DNA of 64,000 nt from Mobula hypostoma. Its lineage: Eukaryota. The stretch lies in the NCBI RefSeq assembly GCF_963921235.1, contig NC_086109.1, positions 33,792,001 to 33,856,000 on the forward strand, given 5' to 3'. Position numbers and translations under genes: made by a program. The first letter of the stretch is position 1, and each line of letters starts with the position of its first letter. Positions 13,605 through 26,810 of this stretch are shown piece by piece. The notes beneath the pieces were generated by a model. It was given only the letters and a program-made list of their open reading frames with translations. It was not told the DNA's origin and searched no databases.

Positions 13605-13865
13605 TAGGTAGATAGAGGTTTATAAAGCGTGAAGAGACACAGATAGAGTGGACAGCCAGTGCCTTTTTCCCAGGGAAGAAAGGACTAATATGAGAGGGCA
13701 TAATTTTAAGGTGATTGGAGGAAAGTATAAGGGGACATTAGCAACATTTAAGAGACTCTTAGATAGGCATGTGAAAAATGGAGGATTACATGGGACAGAA
13801 GTGTTGGATTTAATTTGGAGCAGGTTAAAAAGGTCAGCACAATACAATGGGCTCAGTAGCCTATA
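13605..13865 (+). mobile_element. CR1 3' end fragment
   Basis: 'RGHNFKVIGGKYKG...FKRLLDRH' followed by 3' UTR. Confidence 0.75.
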
Positions 13866-13867
13866 TC

Positions 13868-14482
13868 GAATTGAATTGAATTGACTTTATTACTTACGTC
13901 ATTCATATAAATGAGGAGTAAAAATCTTTATGTTATGTCTCCATCTAAATGTGCAATGTGCAAATATGGTAATTTATAATAAATATTATGTTCAACAGAA
14001 TAGTCAATATAAGATTGGAATGCAGATGCGCATGAATTAAGCAATCTGATGGCCTGGTGGAAGAATCTGTCCTGGAGCCTGTTGGTCCTGGCTTTTATGC
14101 TGCAGTAGATTTGACAGTGAAGTTCCAAAGGCCTTTTTCAATGATGGAGTCAAGATTGCAAGGCCAAAAAACAGCATTTATAGTGGTTGATATGGTTTCC
14201 TGCATTTTCCCGGATAGTAGCAGCTGGAACAGTTTGTTGTTGGGGTGACTCGGGTCCCCAATGATCCTTCGGGCCCTTTTTACACACCTGTCTTTGTAAA
14301 TGTCCTGAATAGTGGGAAGTTCACATCTACAGATGCGCTGGGTTGTCCGCACCACTATTTTCAGAGTCCAGGAAGTACAGTTCCTATATCAGGCAGTGAT
14401 GCAGCCAGTCAAGATGCTCTCGATTCTGCCCCTACAGAAAATTCTTAGAATTTAGGGGCCCACACCAAACAACTTCAACCGC
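13868..14482 (-). mobile_element. Rex1/Babar LINE 3' fragment containing an inverted 100-bp insert
   Basis: 'CELPTIQDIYKDRCVKRARRIIGDPSHPNNKLFQLL' and 'SIKARTNRLQDRFFHQAIRLLN'; (caatt)n tail. Confidence 0.85.
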
Positions 14483-15339
14483 TGTATGTTATATGTTCTA
14501 TGTTCCATGTTCATCATTTTATGATTGATCACGAATGCACAGAAGAAAACAGATCACTTCCAAACAAAGGTCACTTACAATCTGTGCACACTGTACAGCA
14601 GCACCTTCTGACAATAAAAGTGAACAGTGACCCAGGAAAACACAGACCTTTAACTATGTTTTGGGGGCATCTTCTGATTAAATCAGATGAAAGTTGCCAT
14701 CATTCCCAGTGCATCTGCACAGGCTTTGGCCGTCTGAAAAAAAGTGAGGAACTGGACCTCAAATCTGGCACAGAACACATTGTCCATCGGGACTAATCTC
14801 TGCCTTCCAAGACATGAAGTAACTTTAATAGGTACCTCAAAGTGCTAGAGATATCCCACCAAAACTGCCTCTAAATCCACTGATCCTAGTGGGATTAGAT
14901 CCAGTATGCAAAACAACATTAACATTAACTATCACTTCCCTCCACAGATGCTGTCTTACCTGTTGAGTTCTCTAGGGATGTTTGTTGCTCCAGCATATTC
15001 TCCCTGTCTAACGTCCTCCACACTGTGGCCCTAAATGCACCCTGTTAGCTCCAATGAGCAGGCCGTATCATTTGCATGTCAGACACCACGTTCCCAATCC
15101 TGTGTGTCAACAGACACACTATTCCAAGCTCTCTCACAGGAAAGGATTGCCAGATGGAAAGCCTTCTTGGAAAACATGTGATATTTCCATAAACAAAAGG
15201 AATCCCTGGCCCTAACCACTCAAAGTAAAGAAGGAGCATTCAGGACAGCACTGAGAATCTTGTCCATTTGCTGGAACCACAAAGAAACCCCACATGAATA
15301 GGAAATGGGATGTAGGATCTCCCTACTCATCTTCCCAAC

Positions 15340-15855
15340 TACCATTCTCAAGTTAAAGGAGTATCACCTATATTCTGTCTTGGTAGATTGCATGAACATT
15401 GATTTCTCTAACTCCAGTACTGTCTCCTGCTTCTCCCTTGTCTCTTTTTCCATGTCCCATTCTGGTTTCCCTCTTACCCCTTTCTCTTCTTCTCACCTGC
15501 CTATCACCTCCCTCTGGTACCCCTTCTTCCATTTCTCCCATGGTCCACTCTCCTCTCCTATCAAATTCCATCTTCTTCAGCACTTTACCTCTTCCACCTA
15601 TCACCTCTCAGATTTTTATAACATCCACCCACCTTCCTCCTCACCCGGTTTCACCGATCACCTGCTAGCTGTAACATCCCCTCCCCCATTCTCATTCTGG
15701 CTTCTTTCCCCTTCATTTTTAGTTTGGATGAAGGGTCTTGGCTTGAAAAGCAGACTGTTTATCCCCTTTCATAGATGCTGCCTGACCTGCTGAATTGCTT
15801 CAGCATTTTCAGTATTTTGCTTTAGATTTTCAGCATCTGCAGAATCCCTTGTCTA
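15340..15855 (+). mobile_element. Penelope 3' end (GIY-YIG C-terminus plus pLTR), decayed
   Basis: 'KLKEYHL...MNIDFSN' resembles 'RLEEQHLI...MNIEFSNF' of the intact copy. Pyrimidine-rich UTR and a decayed hammerhead 'gatgaagggtcttggcttgaaa'. Confidence 0.75.
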
Positions 15856-15894
15856 CTATCTCCCAAATTCCCTATCCACTTGTCTGATCAAGGA

Positions 15895-16440
15895 ACTGAA
15901 TGAATGAATTTATTTAAATCTTACATCCATCCCACAACATGCATTATGCAAACTTTGCATTATGACTCCGTCGCAATGTACAGACATGTGAATTTCAAAG
16001 TCTAATGGCTTGTAGAAAGAAGCTGTCTGGTAACGAGTTGGTCCTGGCTTTAATGCTGTAGAACCATTTGCCAGACGGAAGCAGCTGAAACAGTTTATGG
16101 TTGGGGTGACTAGTGACCCCGGTGATCTTCCAGGCCTTCTTTCTGCACCTGCTGCTGTAAATGTCCTCAATGGAGGGAAGTTCACGTCCACAGATGTGCT
16201 GGGCTGTCCGTACCACTCTCTGCAGTGCCCAGCGATCAAGGTTGGTGCAGTTCCCGTACCAGGCATTGATACAACCAGTCACGATCCTCTCAGTGGTTCC
16301 CCTGGAGAAGGTCTTGAGGATTTCGGGGCTCATGCCGAACCTCTTCAGTCACCTGAGGTGGAAGTGACACTGCTGTGCTATTTTACCCCGCACGGCCGGA
16401 GCGTGTAGTCCAGGTAAGATCCTTGGTGATGTGTATACTG
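15895..16440 (-). mobile_element. Rex1/Babar LINE 3' fragment
   Basis: ORF 15995-16333 'ERIVTGCINAWYGNC...LQRVVRTAQHICG...LFQLLPSG'. Confidence 0.85.
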
Positions 16441-17879
16441 CAATATCCCCAGGATGCGGCCTTGAAGACATGTGCGGTTGGGGTAAGACCCTGTGGCCCT
16501 GAGGAGTGTGGAGTAGTGTGTGAATGTTGGGGGTGTACCCGAATGAATTGATTACTGGTGAATGAACACAGGGGGATTAGGGTGATTTAAGCAGAGCCTG
16601 GTATTAGTGTGCAGTAGATAAGCCATCTTTAAAGATGCATTCATATCCTGTATAAAATCAGTAGAATTATTGTAGTGATGGATTCAGCCCACGCAGTTAC
16701 ATTTCTTCCTTTGGCCTCCTTAGTTAGGTGACCTCAAAGCATGTTTAAAAAATTCCTGGATCCCCTGTGGACTCATTGCATTTTTCTTATTTGCTTTCCA
16801 CATCTTCCACAACAGTCCCAAGGGTAGTGTCAGAAAGTCTTGGACCTTGCTCTCCCCAACGTTTCCATGGTCCGACTCACTTGCTCTTTTTACAGCTGCG
16901 AATAGAATTTCAGATTCTCTGATTTTGACACCACATGAGCAATATGAAACTTGAAGACCACAGCAAGCAGTTCTCGGCATTAATATGATGGCCTGGAATT
17001 AATGTGCAATTTCCCTTATTTGGCACATGGGAATGTTGCAATGATGACTAACCAGAGGCACAATGTGTCATCTCAGGTTTACTGGCTAGCTTTCCATATA
17101 ATTAGCCACTGATAATATCAGCTACCTATTGACAGCAACTGAAGATAAGCAGTACAGACTGGAAGCAGAAATCATTCAGAAAAACAGGCCATAAAAAGAC
17201 TGGCACATCTGACTTAATTGCTAACCCATTACTTGAACATCTTGCTCATTGTTAAGGGCCTTTACTGACTCATTTTCTGCTTTAAGTTTCTACCAGAACC
17301 AACTATTTGAAAACTTAATTTTACTGCTGTGCCTTCAAGTGTTTTCTGTGCATGAGATGCAATATTATTGGTTGTTAGTATTGACACAGGTGTTTTATGC
17401 AGAATAGTAAATATGCAGTAGAAACACTTCTAAAGACTAAAACATAAAATGTCCTGGCTAACTTCCAAATATATCTCATTAAAACATTAATTTACACAGC
17501 ATCCTTTGATCTTTCCTACAGACTCAATACGTTGCTCCAAAGGTAATATTGTAAAGGAAATCTATGATTTGTGCAAAAGTATAATTAAAATATCCTGAGA
17601 TAAATAACTCTAAAAGTCAAATACATTCTGGAAACTAAAACTAGAACGTGATGGACAAACACAGCTGTCTATCATTCTCTATAAAGGGAATGGTTGGAGT
17701 TGCCTAACATCCTTGCTTCAGAGAATTATGGAATTTTGAGTATTTGGAATTTAACAGAATACCTCAAGACCAACATGAATCTTTACAACTGTGGCCAGCA
17801 GAATTCAGAATTAATACAGCTGATAAAATGTAATCCACAATTTCCCTTACTTTGCTAATCACGTTGATGGGAGAGTTAC

Positions 17880-18345
17880 AGTGAAAACTGCAACAAACTG
17901 TCAGGTCGCTGGAAAGGACACTGGCTGCACTCTACCATCACTGTAAGACTTGTATGCTCCCAGGACACAGAAACAGGCAGAAAAAAATATTGCAGACACT
18001 ACCCACCCTTTTCCAAATGCTCTCTACTGGAAAGCACTATAAGGCGATTAATGCAAAAAAAAATCATCAGAGTTAATCTGATCAACCATTCTAGTTGGCC
18101 ACCCCAGCCTCCTCTGTTTAGTACCTTTGTCACAGTACTGCATGCAATCACTTTAAACCATTATTTAAATGCCTTTTACATTGAAAATAGATCATTGCTT
18201 TTAAGTACTTACGTACATTTTATTCCATAGCCATACTTTAACACATAAGTTTATTTTTTATATCTAATTTTTTATTATAATTGTTGAGTGTTTTTGTATT
18301 TTGTTGCATATTGCCCCAACAGCAAATTCGTATTAGGTGTAAATG
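17880..18345 (+). mobile_element. Decayed Rex1/Babar-like 3' fragment
   Basis: Remnants of the 'GCTLPS...AEKIIADTTHP' region and 3' UTR. Confidence 0.45.
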
Positions 18346-18347
18346 TA

Positions 18348-20600
18348 CAGCACTGTACAAAAATCTTAGGCACATATATATAGCTAGGGTGCCTAAGACT
18401 TTTGCACAGTACAGTATTTGTCATTGTGGAGTGGAAAGCAAGTTTGTAAATCTGGCAGAAGCGAAGGATGTTGGGAATAGTGAGGATGGAGAACTGCAGG
18501 AGGGGTGCAGGACAGGTGTACCGGGGCAAGGTTTGGTGCGGGTGCAGACACACCCAGCTCTGAGACACCAGGCAAGGGCACTTGATTCCAAACATTTAGT
18601 TTATTGATCATTACAGAATGTCTCTCTGGTACTTCCCACTCCCTCCCCTCTGCCTTCCCCTTTTCCCAAACATGATCTTTCCCAATATTTTTATTATTAA
18701 TTTTACATATAAGAATAAGGAGTACAAGAAAAAAATAGATCAATACATTATACTCAATTGCATATAAAGATTCCTTACCCTATATTCATACAGATTAATT
18801 AATTTGTAACATTGAAATATAGTAATTTTATTATATTAAAAAAATCTAACCCTCTACCAAGACCGAAGCTGATTAGTAAAGAAAAAAAGGAAAAAATTAT
18901 TAGTCATCATCTGTGCTTTAACAGCATATCAAAGGTTTTGAAAATAATTCAAAAAAGGTCCCCATGCTATTTGAAAGTCTTGGCTAGATTCAGAGATTGA
19001 ACATCGAATCTTCTCTAAATTTAAACATCACATCACATCACGTAACCATTGAGCGTGAATAGGAGGGGCCGCATCTTCCCATTTAAGCAAGAGCGTCCTT
19101 CTGGCCATAAGAGAAATAAAAGCCAAAATGTGCAAGTCAGATGGCTCCAAAATAATATCCTTTCCTCCAACAATACCAAATAAAGCCGTCAAAGGATTAG
19201 GCTTAAGGTTTACTTTGAAGAGTATCGAGAAAGTTTGAAATACTTCTTTCCAATATTTTCCAAGACTCGGACATGTCCAAAACATAGGAATGAGTGAAGC
19301 TTCTCCATTATTACATTTATCACAATACCGACATATATCTAAATAAATACGAGACAGCTTATCCTTGGTCATATGGGCCCTATGGACCACTTTAATTTGT
19401 AGGGGAGAGTGGCAGGCACATAACAATAAAGTGTTAACCAATTAAAAAATGTGATTCCAAGTTTCCTCAGAAATTGAAGTTTGTAAATCTTGTTCCCAAA
19501 GATTTTTAATTTTAACTAAAGGAACACTTCTCATTCCCAACAGCATATTGTAAATATTAGATATAGATCTATTATAAAAAGGTTTCAAATTAAAAATGAC
19601 ATCTAGTAGATTCTTATCAGGACTTTCAGGAAATGTACTTATTTGAGACCGTAAAAAATCTCTTATTTGTAGGTATCGAAAAAAATGACTTTTGGGTTAA
19701 CTATATTTAGTTGACAGTTGTTCAAACGAAGAGAGACTTTCCTCTACAAACAAGTCCTGAAAGCAATTAATACCTAATCTATCCCATTCTTTAAAAGTCG
19801 CATCAATCATAGAGGGTTTAAAAAAAAATTAGAAAAAATGGGGCTCGAAAGAGAAAATCTCAATAACCCAAAGTATTTTCGGAATTGTATCCAAATTCTC
19901 ATAATGTGTTTAACTACCGGATTATCAGTTAACTTACTCAGAGACAAAGGAAATGAGGATCCAAGAAGAGAAATAATAGAACATTTATTAACAGAGTTAG
20001 CTTCTAAAAAAAACCCACATCATGCAATCCTCACAATTAATGTAATATAACCAAAATGTAAGATTTCTTATATTAATTGCTCAACAATAAAATCTAAAGT
20101 TTGGTAAGGCTAATCCTCCATTCTTTTTATCTTTCTATTTAATTTTAATTATTTAATCTAGAATGCTTATTCTTCCATATATAAGAAGATATAATAGAGT
20201 CAAGAGAATCAAAAAAAGATTTAGGAATTTAAAAAAGGCAATGCCTGAAAAAGATATATAAATTTTGGTAATATATTCATTTTAATAGAGTTAATTCGGT
20301 CAATCAATGATAACGAAAGAGGCGATCAATTTGATAGTATCCTTTTTACATGATTCAATAGGGTAAGAAAATTTTCTTTAAATAGACACTTATAGTTTTT
20401 AGTAATTGTTGCACCTAAGTAGGTGAATTGGTTTCATAAAATTTTTAAAGGAAGGCTAGAATTTGTTGGTATCAAATTATTCAAAGGGGAAAGTTCACTT
20501 ACCAAACATGATTCCCCTCTCCCTGTCGCCTTCCTACTCTCAGTCAACAATAGAAACCCATATCAGAATCAGGTTTATCATCACTCACCTATGCAAGAAT
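18348..20600 (+). mobile_element. Tc1-like non-autonomous element with palindromic terminus (copy A), split by L1
   Basis: TA-flanked hairpin 18348-18414 (CAGCACTGTACAAAAATCTTAGGCAC...GTGCCTAAGACTTTTGCACAGTACAG). Internal sequence 18416-18676 and 20502-20595 is the reverse complement of 28016-28300 and 26730-26810. Confidence 0.75.
18677..20501 (-). mobile_element. 5'-truncated L1 LINE (ORF2 C-terminal half)
   Basis: ORF 19028-19441 with zinc knuckle 'CDKCNNGEASLIPMFWTC'. 11-bp TSD CCAAACATGAT at 18666-18676 and 20502-20512. Confidence 0.9.
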
Positions 20601-20659
20601 CATTTTAAATTCTTTTATTTATCTTGAGAAACTGCTGAAGTCACTGATCAATTTGACCT

Positions 20660-20990
20660 TGTAGGTTTATAATATCATGATGGACATAATTAAGATTAAC
20701 GTTGACAATCTTTTCTCATGAGTTGGGGGTGTAAAGCTGGGCTTAAGTTGAGGGGCAAGATGGAAGTGACCTGAGGGTCACATTTTTCCATACAAAGAAC
20801 AAGCTGATACAGGACGTGGTAGAGATGGATACAATGCAATATTTAAAAGACATTAGGGCAGGTTCATGGATAGGAGAGATTTAGTGGGATATGGGCCAGA
20901 TGCAGACAAATGGGAGTAGGTCAGAAAGGCACTTCAGTAGGTATGAATGAATTGGACTAAAGGACATTTCTCCGAGCTGCATAAATCTAT
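20660..20990 (+). mobile_element. Decayed CR1 3' end
   Basis: Similar to CR1 C-terminus and 3' UTR ('gacctgaggg...ttttccata...atgggccagatgcagacaaatggga'). Confidence 0.6.
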
Positions 20991-20999
20991 GATACCAAA

Positions 21000-21205
21000 A
21001 TCACTCTCCCCAAACCCCCTCACCTGCCTATCAACATCCACCCCTCCCGACACCTATCACTTGCTAGCTCTTGCTCTGCTCCTTCTTCTTTCCTTTCTAT
21101 ACTGGCTATCTCCTCTCTTTATTTCCACCTCAATGAGGAGCTGACTGTCCATTTCCCTCCAAAGATGCTACCTGACCCAGTGAGCTCCTCCAGCACTTTG
21201 TGTGT
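21000..21205 (+). mobile_element. Decayed Penelope pLTR
   Basis: Pyrimidine-rich tract then 'agatgctacctgacccagtgagctcctccagcactttgtgtgt'. Confidence 0.55.
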
Positions 21206-21709
21206 GTGAGACTCTAAGATCAGATGTCTTCCGCAGTTAGCAGTTCATTGAATTCTGATCTGTGAAAGTTACCAGAGATGAGGAAGCATGAATGAGCGGC
21301 TTTATTGTGAAAAACAGAATTGTCAAGAATACCTACAGAGTTTATAATGCAGCATATTGCTCTGCAACACCATGTTCTATTTCATTGTTTTTTTTAATAT
21401 GTGACATCCAAATAATTGGTGCAAAAATCCAAATAATGAACATCAGATACAAAATGAGAAAATATCAGGAGTTTTGGAGAGCATCTGTGGAAAGCTCTGA
21501 TGAAGGATTATTGATCTATGACAATGACTCTGTTTCTCTCTCTCTCTCTCTCCTCTGCTGCTGCCTGGTCACCTGAGTGCTTCTGGCATTTTCTATTTTG
21601 GGAATTATTGGGAAAACTCCCAGTGGAAAATATAGGGCATTAGTGGGGGGGAGGGGTAGATGATAGCTGCAATATTGAGATTTTATTTGTTTCGTCACCT
21701 GCATCTCAA

Positions 21710-22878
21710 AGTTTAGAGTTCAAAGTAAATTTATTATCAAAGTACATATATGTTGCCATATACTCCCCAGAAAATCATTTTCTTGTGGGCATTCACAGAA
21801 AATACAAAGAAACACAATAGAATCAATGAAAATCCACATACAATAAGTTGGACAACCGATGTGCAAAAGAAAACAAGCTGTGTGAATACAAAAGAAATAA
21901 TAATAAGTAAATAACCAATAAATATTGAGAACATGAGATGAAGAGTCCTTGAAAGTGAGTCTATTGTTTGTGGAAGCAGTAGGGTTCAGGTGAGTAAAGT
22001 TGAATGAAGCTATCCCCTCTGATTCAAAGGCCTGATGGCTGAGGAGTAATAACTGTTCCTGAACCTGATGGTGTGGGTCCTGAGGCCCCCCCGTACCTCC
22101 TTCCTGATGGCAGCAGTGAGAAGACAGTGTGGCCTAGATTGTGGGGTTCCTTGATGATGGATGCTACTTTCCGGCAACAACACTCCTTGTAGATGTGCTC
22201 AATGGTAGGGTGAGTTTTACCCATGATGGACTGGGCTGTATCCACTTCTCCTTGTAGGCTTTTCCTTTCAAGGGCATTGGTGTTTCCATACCAGCTTGTG
22301 ACGTAACCAGTCAGTACACATTCCACTGTGCATCCGTAGAAGTTTGTCAAAGTTTTAGAGGTCATACTGAGTCTTCGCAAACTTGTAAGGAAGTAGAGGC
22401 ACTACTATGCTTTCTTTGTAATGGCACTTAAATGCTTGGCTGAGGATAGAACCTCTGAAATGATCATGCTGACGAATTTAACTTTGCTGAACCTTTCTAC
22501 CTCTGGTCCCCCGATGTGGACTGGCTCATGGACCTAACTCTTTGATTCATCCAATGACCGTGGTGTCATCAGCAAACTTAAATATGGCATTGGAGCTGTG
22601 CTTAGCCTTGCAGTCATAAGTATAAAGTAAGTAGAGCAGGGGATAAGCACACAGCCTTGCAGTGCATCTGTGCTGATGGAAATTGTGGAAGAGATGTTGT
22701 TGCCAATCGAACCAACGAGTGAGGAAATCGAGGATCCAGTTACACAAGGAAGTACAGAGGCCTACATCTTATTGATTAGTTTTGAGGGGATGATAGCATT
22801 AAATGTCAAGCAGTAATCAATGAAAAGCACTCTGATGTAGGTATCTTTGCTGTACTAATGTTCAAGGGTTGAGTGAAT
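21710..22878 (-). mobile_element. Rex1/Babar LINE (RT C-terminal half)
   Basis: 'CNWILDFLT...IFKFADDTTVIG' (22547-22747) and 'FYGCTVECVLTGYVTSWYGN' (22024-22380); (ttgaact)n tail. Confidence 0.85.
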
Positions 22879-25102
22879 TTCATTGTGTAGTTGTTCAGAC
22901 ATTCTAATAAGGATTCTGATTTGAGTTGAACAGTTGGTGCCTTTAAACAGAAATTCTTCTCAAAAGAGTCTCTGAAATTCTCAGCTTTATTGTTTTGGGT
23001 ATGTTCAGCTCAATTGAACCAGTTGCAACAAATATTTTATGCACTGCCAATTTATAATTCTAATCTCACTATTTAGTTAAAGTAGTGGCATTAAGCTACA
23101 TAACTTTATGTGGGATTCTGCAGTTTACAATTTTGTTACCCTGTTTCTAATATTAAAGCAACAACTTCAAAAGTACTGCATTTCTAGTGGAGTACTTAAT
23201 GAACTAGGGTTGCGTAAGAGGCTGCTTGAATAGAGGTCTTTTCATAGATATGCATTCTTTCAGATGTGCTTGATGACATCGCAATGCTGTTTCATACTAA
23301 ATGCTTCAGCCAAACTTCAACTCCAATTTTGGATTAATGAGTCTTAGTCATAAATCCATGCTCTATTTTCCCACAACGCAATGTCTGAACCACTTAAATC
23401 AGGTTCTCATGCCGAGAACAATACTGAAACTCTGCCAACTGGTGAACTATTGCTCCCGACCTGTTTGATTTGACTGCAGCCATTGAAACAATTGAACTCA
23501 TTTCCTACCATCAAAGCTTTTCGTTTGTTTAGTGACAGCATATGTGACTGCTCTCACTGGGTTGAATTCTTCTCAGTCCAATAAGAAGCAAATTGTTCGG
23601 CCCAGAGATGAGTCAGGCCACTGAATCTATGAGGGAGTATGAACTGTGGGGAGAGCGGAGGGTTCATTGTTTCTGAACAATAACCTTTTCATCTGATGAG
23701 ATCTGATGAAAGGATACCGACCTCATGTGTCAATTTAGTTTTTCTCCTGGCCTACTGAGTATTTCCAAGCACTCTCTGTTTTTTCTTTAGATTTCTAGCA
23801 ATTTTATTTTTATCTTTTCAGGCAATTTGAGTGATTTGGTTTGACTATACTCACTGGATTTGCTGACATTTAATGAAGTTATTATTCACATTGGAGTATG
23901 GTGAGTAATTAGCTGTCAAAATGTTTTAATGTCATCTGGAATAAGTAACACTTACAACTCAAATTGGTCATTTTAACACTTGGGAGCTTGATGACCTGTA
24001 TCTTTTCCTTCCCATTGTTCTGTCTGCATCATCAAAGCATCACTGATACTGACGTGAATTGAAAAGCTGGACTTTTCTATGTGCAGAATGGGTAGTGTTG
24101 TGGAGTGAGTAAGAGCAACTTGTAAAACTTTTTGGTGTGAATCAAATCAGCTTGTCGAGAAAGAGTTAAAATTAACTGATTCCTGACATTTCTAGCAGTC
24201 GGTAGTTTTGCTGTCCCTCCCCCCTCCAGTTCTCGCTCACCCTCCTTGGTTCTGTTCCATTTCCTGCCACTACGATTGTCATCCTCCCTGTGCAGCCACA
24301 TTCTCTAGAAGACAGCTTACTACTATGGTATAACTCACTCAATATGAGCACTGCAATGTACTGTATGTGGTAAAATTGTCTGTTGATTGTGGGAAATTCA
24401 AGTAATATTGGCTTGAAGAACACATGTATCCTATTTATTCAACTAGTTATTTATGCTGTGTTCTTCGTATACACAAATCATTCAATTAGATTGATTGCAC
24501 TCCTTTCTCTTTTTTGAGAAGTGTTACCTATTCACATTATTTGCAGACTTATAGAATTCACAGGTTTTCTGAATCACTTTTATCATTTCAAGGTGATGGT
24601 TCCTACTGATATCCAATCCCTTGACAAGGAATGTTTCACAACTTGGCCCAGTGTTACAGAAATACATCCGTTTATTCCACAGTCTCCAGTAGATCAACAT
24701 CTGAATCAACTTCTGGGGCTCACGTAACACTTTGTTGTGATCTATACCTTCCTGGAATTACAAACCGTTTGTAGATGACTGACCTATAAATTTCTGTTTC
24801 TTTTCCTACTATTTTCACAAGGTAGTACATTAGTCAGCAGTCACTCCGGCATCCCATTTCTGAATGTTGCTGAGTAGGTCAACACACAAGCAACCAAAGT
24901 GTTTAAATCCTCATTCTCAACAAATTGAGTTAAAATTCCATTTCTGTCTCAACTGCAACTCTTCCATTCTCCCCGCAGAATTCAGCTGGACATAGTTGAA
25001 TTATGTTCTGAGTCTTCTTTGCATTTAGTAACAATGAGAAGCAAATCTATTTTTGGAATACAGTACTGTGCAAATGCTTTATGCTCATGTATACAGCTAG
25101 CA

Positions 25103-26633
25103 ATGTATTAAGAAAAACATTGAAAGTCCAAGTATTTTAAAATCTGATGTTCATAATGCAATAAATAAGATGAAGAAAGGAAAGCAGCAGGTCCTGATGA
25201 ATTAGTAATAGAACAAATTATCGCCCTTGAAGATTATGGAATTGAAAAACTTACTGATTTAATCAATGACATTTATGAGACCAGAATAATACCAGAAGAG
25301 TTGAAAAAAATCAGTATTTGTCACTCTTCCTAAGAAACCTGGAGCAATAGAATGTGAATTACATAGGACCATAAGTTTAATAAGTCATATCACCAAGATA
25401 CTTCTAAGAATTTTGATGACAAGAGCTAAAAGTAAGATACAAGCTGAAACAGGTAAAGAACAATGTGGTTTTGTGAAAGACAAAGGTACAAGAAACGCAA
25501 TATTGACGTTAAGGATACTATCAGAACGAGCTATTCAAGTGCAAAAAGATTTGTTTGTTTTATCGACTACACAAAAGCATTTGATAAAGTGAAGCACAAT
25601 AAGTTATTTGAAATATTACAGAAAACTCTAGATTTAGATTCAAAAGACCCCCGCCTAATCAGAAATCTGTACTGGGAACAAACTGCCGCTGTAAGAATAG
25701 GTGGAGAAGTGAGTCAGTTTACGAAAATCAAGAGAGGCGTTAGATAAGGGTATGTTTTTTCCCCTGATTTATTTAATGTGCACAGTGAAACAATATTACA
25801 AAAAATAAGAGACATCTAAGGAATCAAAGTTTGCGGTGAAAACATCAATAATTTCAGATATGCAGATGACACTGTGTTAATTGCAAGTATTGTGTAAGAA
25901 CTACAAAACTTAGTTGATATAGTTGTTGAAAAAAGTGCCAAAATGGGTCTATCTATCAATTGCAAAAAGACAGAATGTATGGTGTGATATCCAAAAAGAA
26001 GGCAAATCCTATCTGCAGGCTGAGAATAAATGGAGAAGACATAAAACAAGTACAGAACTTTTGCTGCTTAGGAAGTTGGGTGACATCAGATGGCAGGTGC
26101 GACATGGACATCAAAAGAAGAATAGGGATGGCAAAAGACACCTATGAAAATGGAGAGTATACTGACGAATACTAAACTAGGCATGACAACCCACCTCAGA
26201 GTATTGAAATGTTACGTTTATCCAGTTATGTTACATGGCTCAGAATGTTGGACAATATCTAGTAACATGAGGAAATGATGTGGTTTTTTAAGAGGATGAT
26301 GAGAATATCATGGACAAAACGAATATCTAACGAGGATGTCATGAACAGAGCAAACACAAAAAGAGAAATAATGTATGAGATCATGAAAAGGCAGCGTAAC
26401 TTCATTGGACATGTGATTAGGAAAGAGGAGTGAAAATGCACAGTAATTATGGGAAAGATTGAAAGGAAGAAAGCAAGAGGAAGACAAAGACAAATGATGG
26501 TGGAGACAGCAGCCAGAGAACTGGAAATGAATACCAATGAATTGATCAACTTGACCTGAAACAGGGGTGTGTGGGCCATGGCAGTCAAAACTCAAACTGG
26601 GCACAGCACCTGATGATGATGATGATGATGATG
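25103..26633 (+). mobile_element. 5'-truncated RTE LINE
   Basis: 'FIDYTKAFDKVKH', 'NNFRYADDTVL', (TGA)n tail. 12-bp TSD ATACAGCTAGCA at 25091-25102 and 26634-26645. Confidence 0.9.
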
Positions 26634-26810
26634 ATACAGCTAGCATGTCTGAGACTTTTACAGTACTGTACTAACTTTATGTATTGTACTGTACTGCTGC
26701 CACAATAAAAAACATATTTTATGACACACGTGAGTGATGATAAAACTGATACTGACATGAGTCTCAATTGTGGACTGAGAGTGCGAAGGCGGCAGGGAGA
26801 GAAGAATCAT

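Larger units (their letters stand above)
12700..15330 (+). mobile_element. Ancient RTE-clade LINE, fragmented by later insertions
   Basis: ORF 13011-13436 'DAIILTKFKKGNKSNCSKYRGIA...EMLPTLLCGF'. Decayed continuation after 14500. Confidence 0.6.

Noticed and set aside
16881..16992. Possible minus-strand exon (ttccag...GTGAGT, one open frame AIILMPRTACCG...)
   Set aside because: Weak polypyrimidine tract, no recognisable protein and no partner exons; needs RNA-seq.
23380..23590. Possible ancient L2 RT remnant
   Set aside because: Only faint resemblance to the 'SGF...TET...DL.AAF.TI' motifs; too decayed to call.
24050..24350. Unique segment that could be a promoter or conserved non-coding element
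   Set aside because: No diagnostic motif; needs cross-species alignment.
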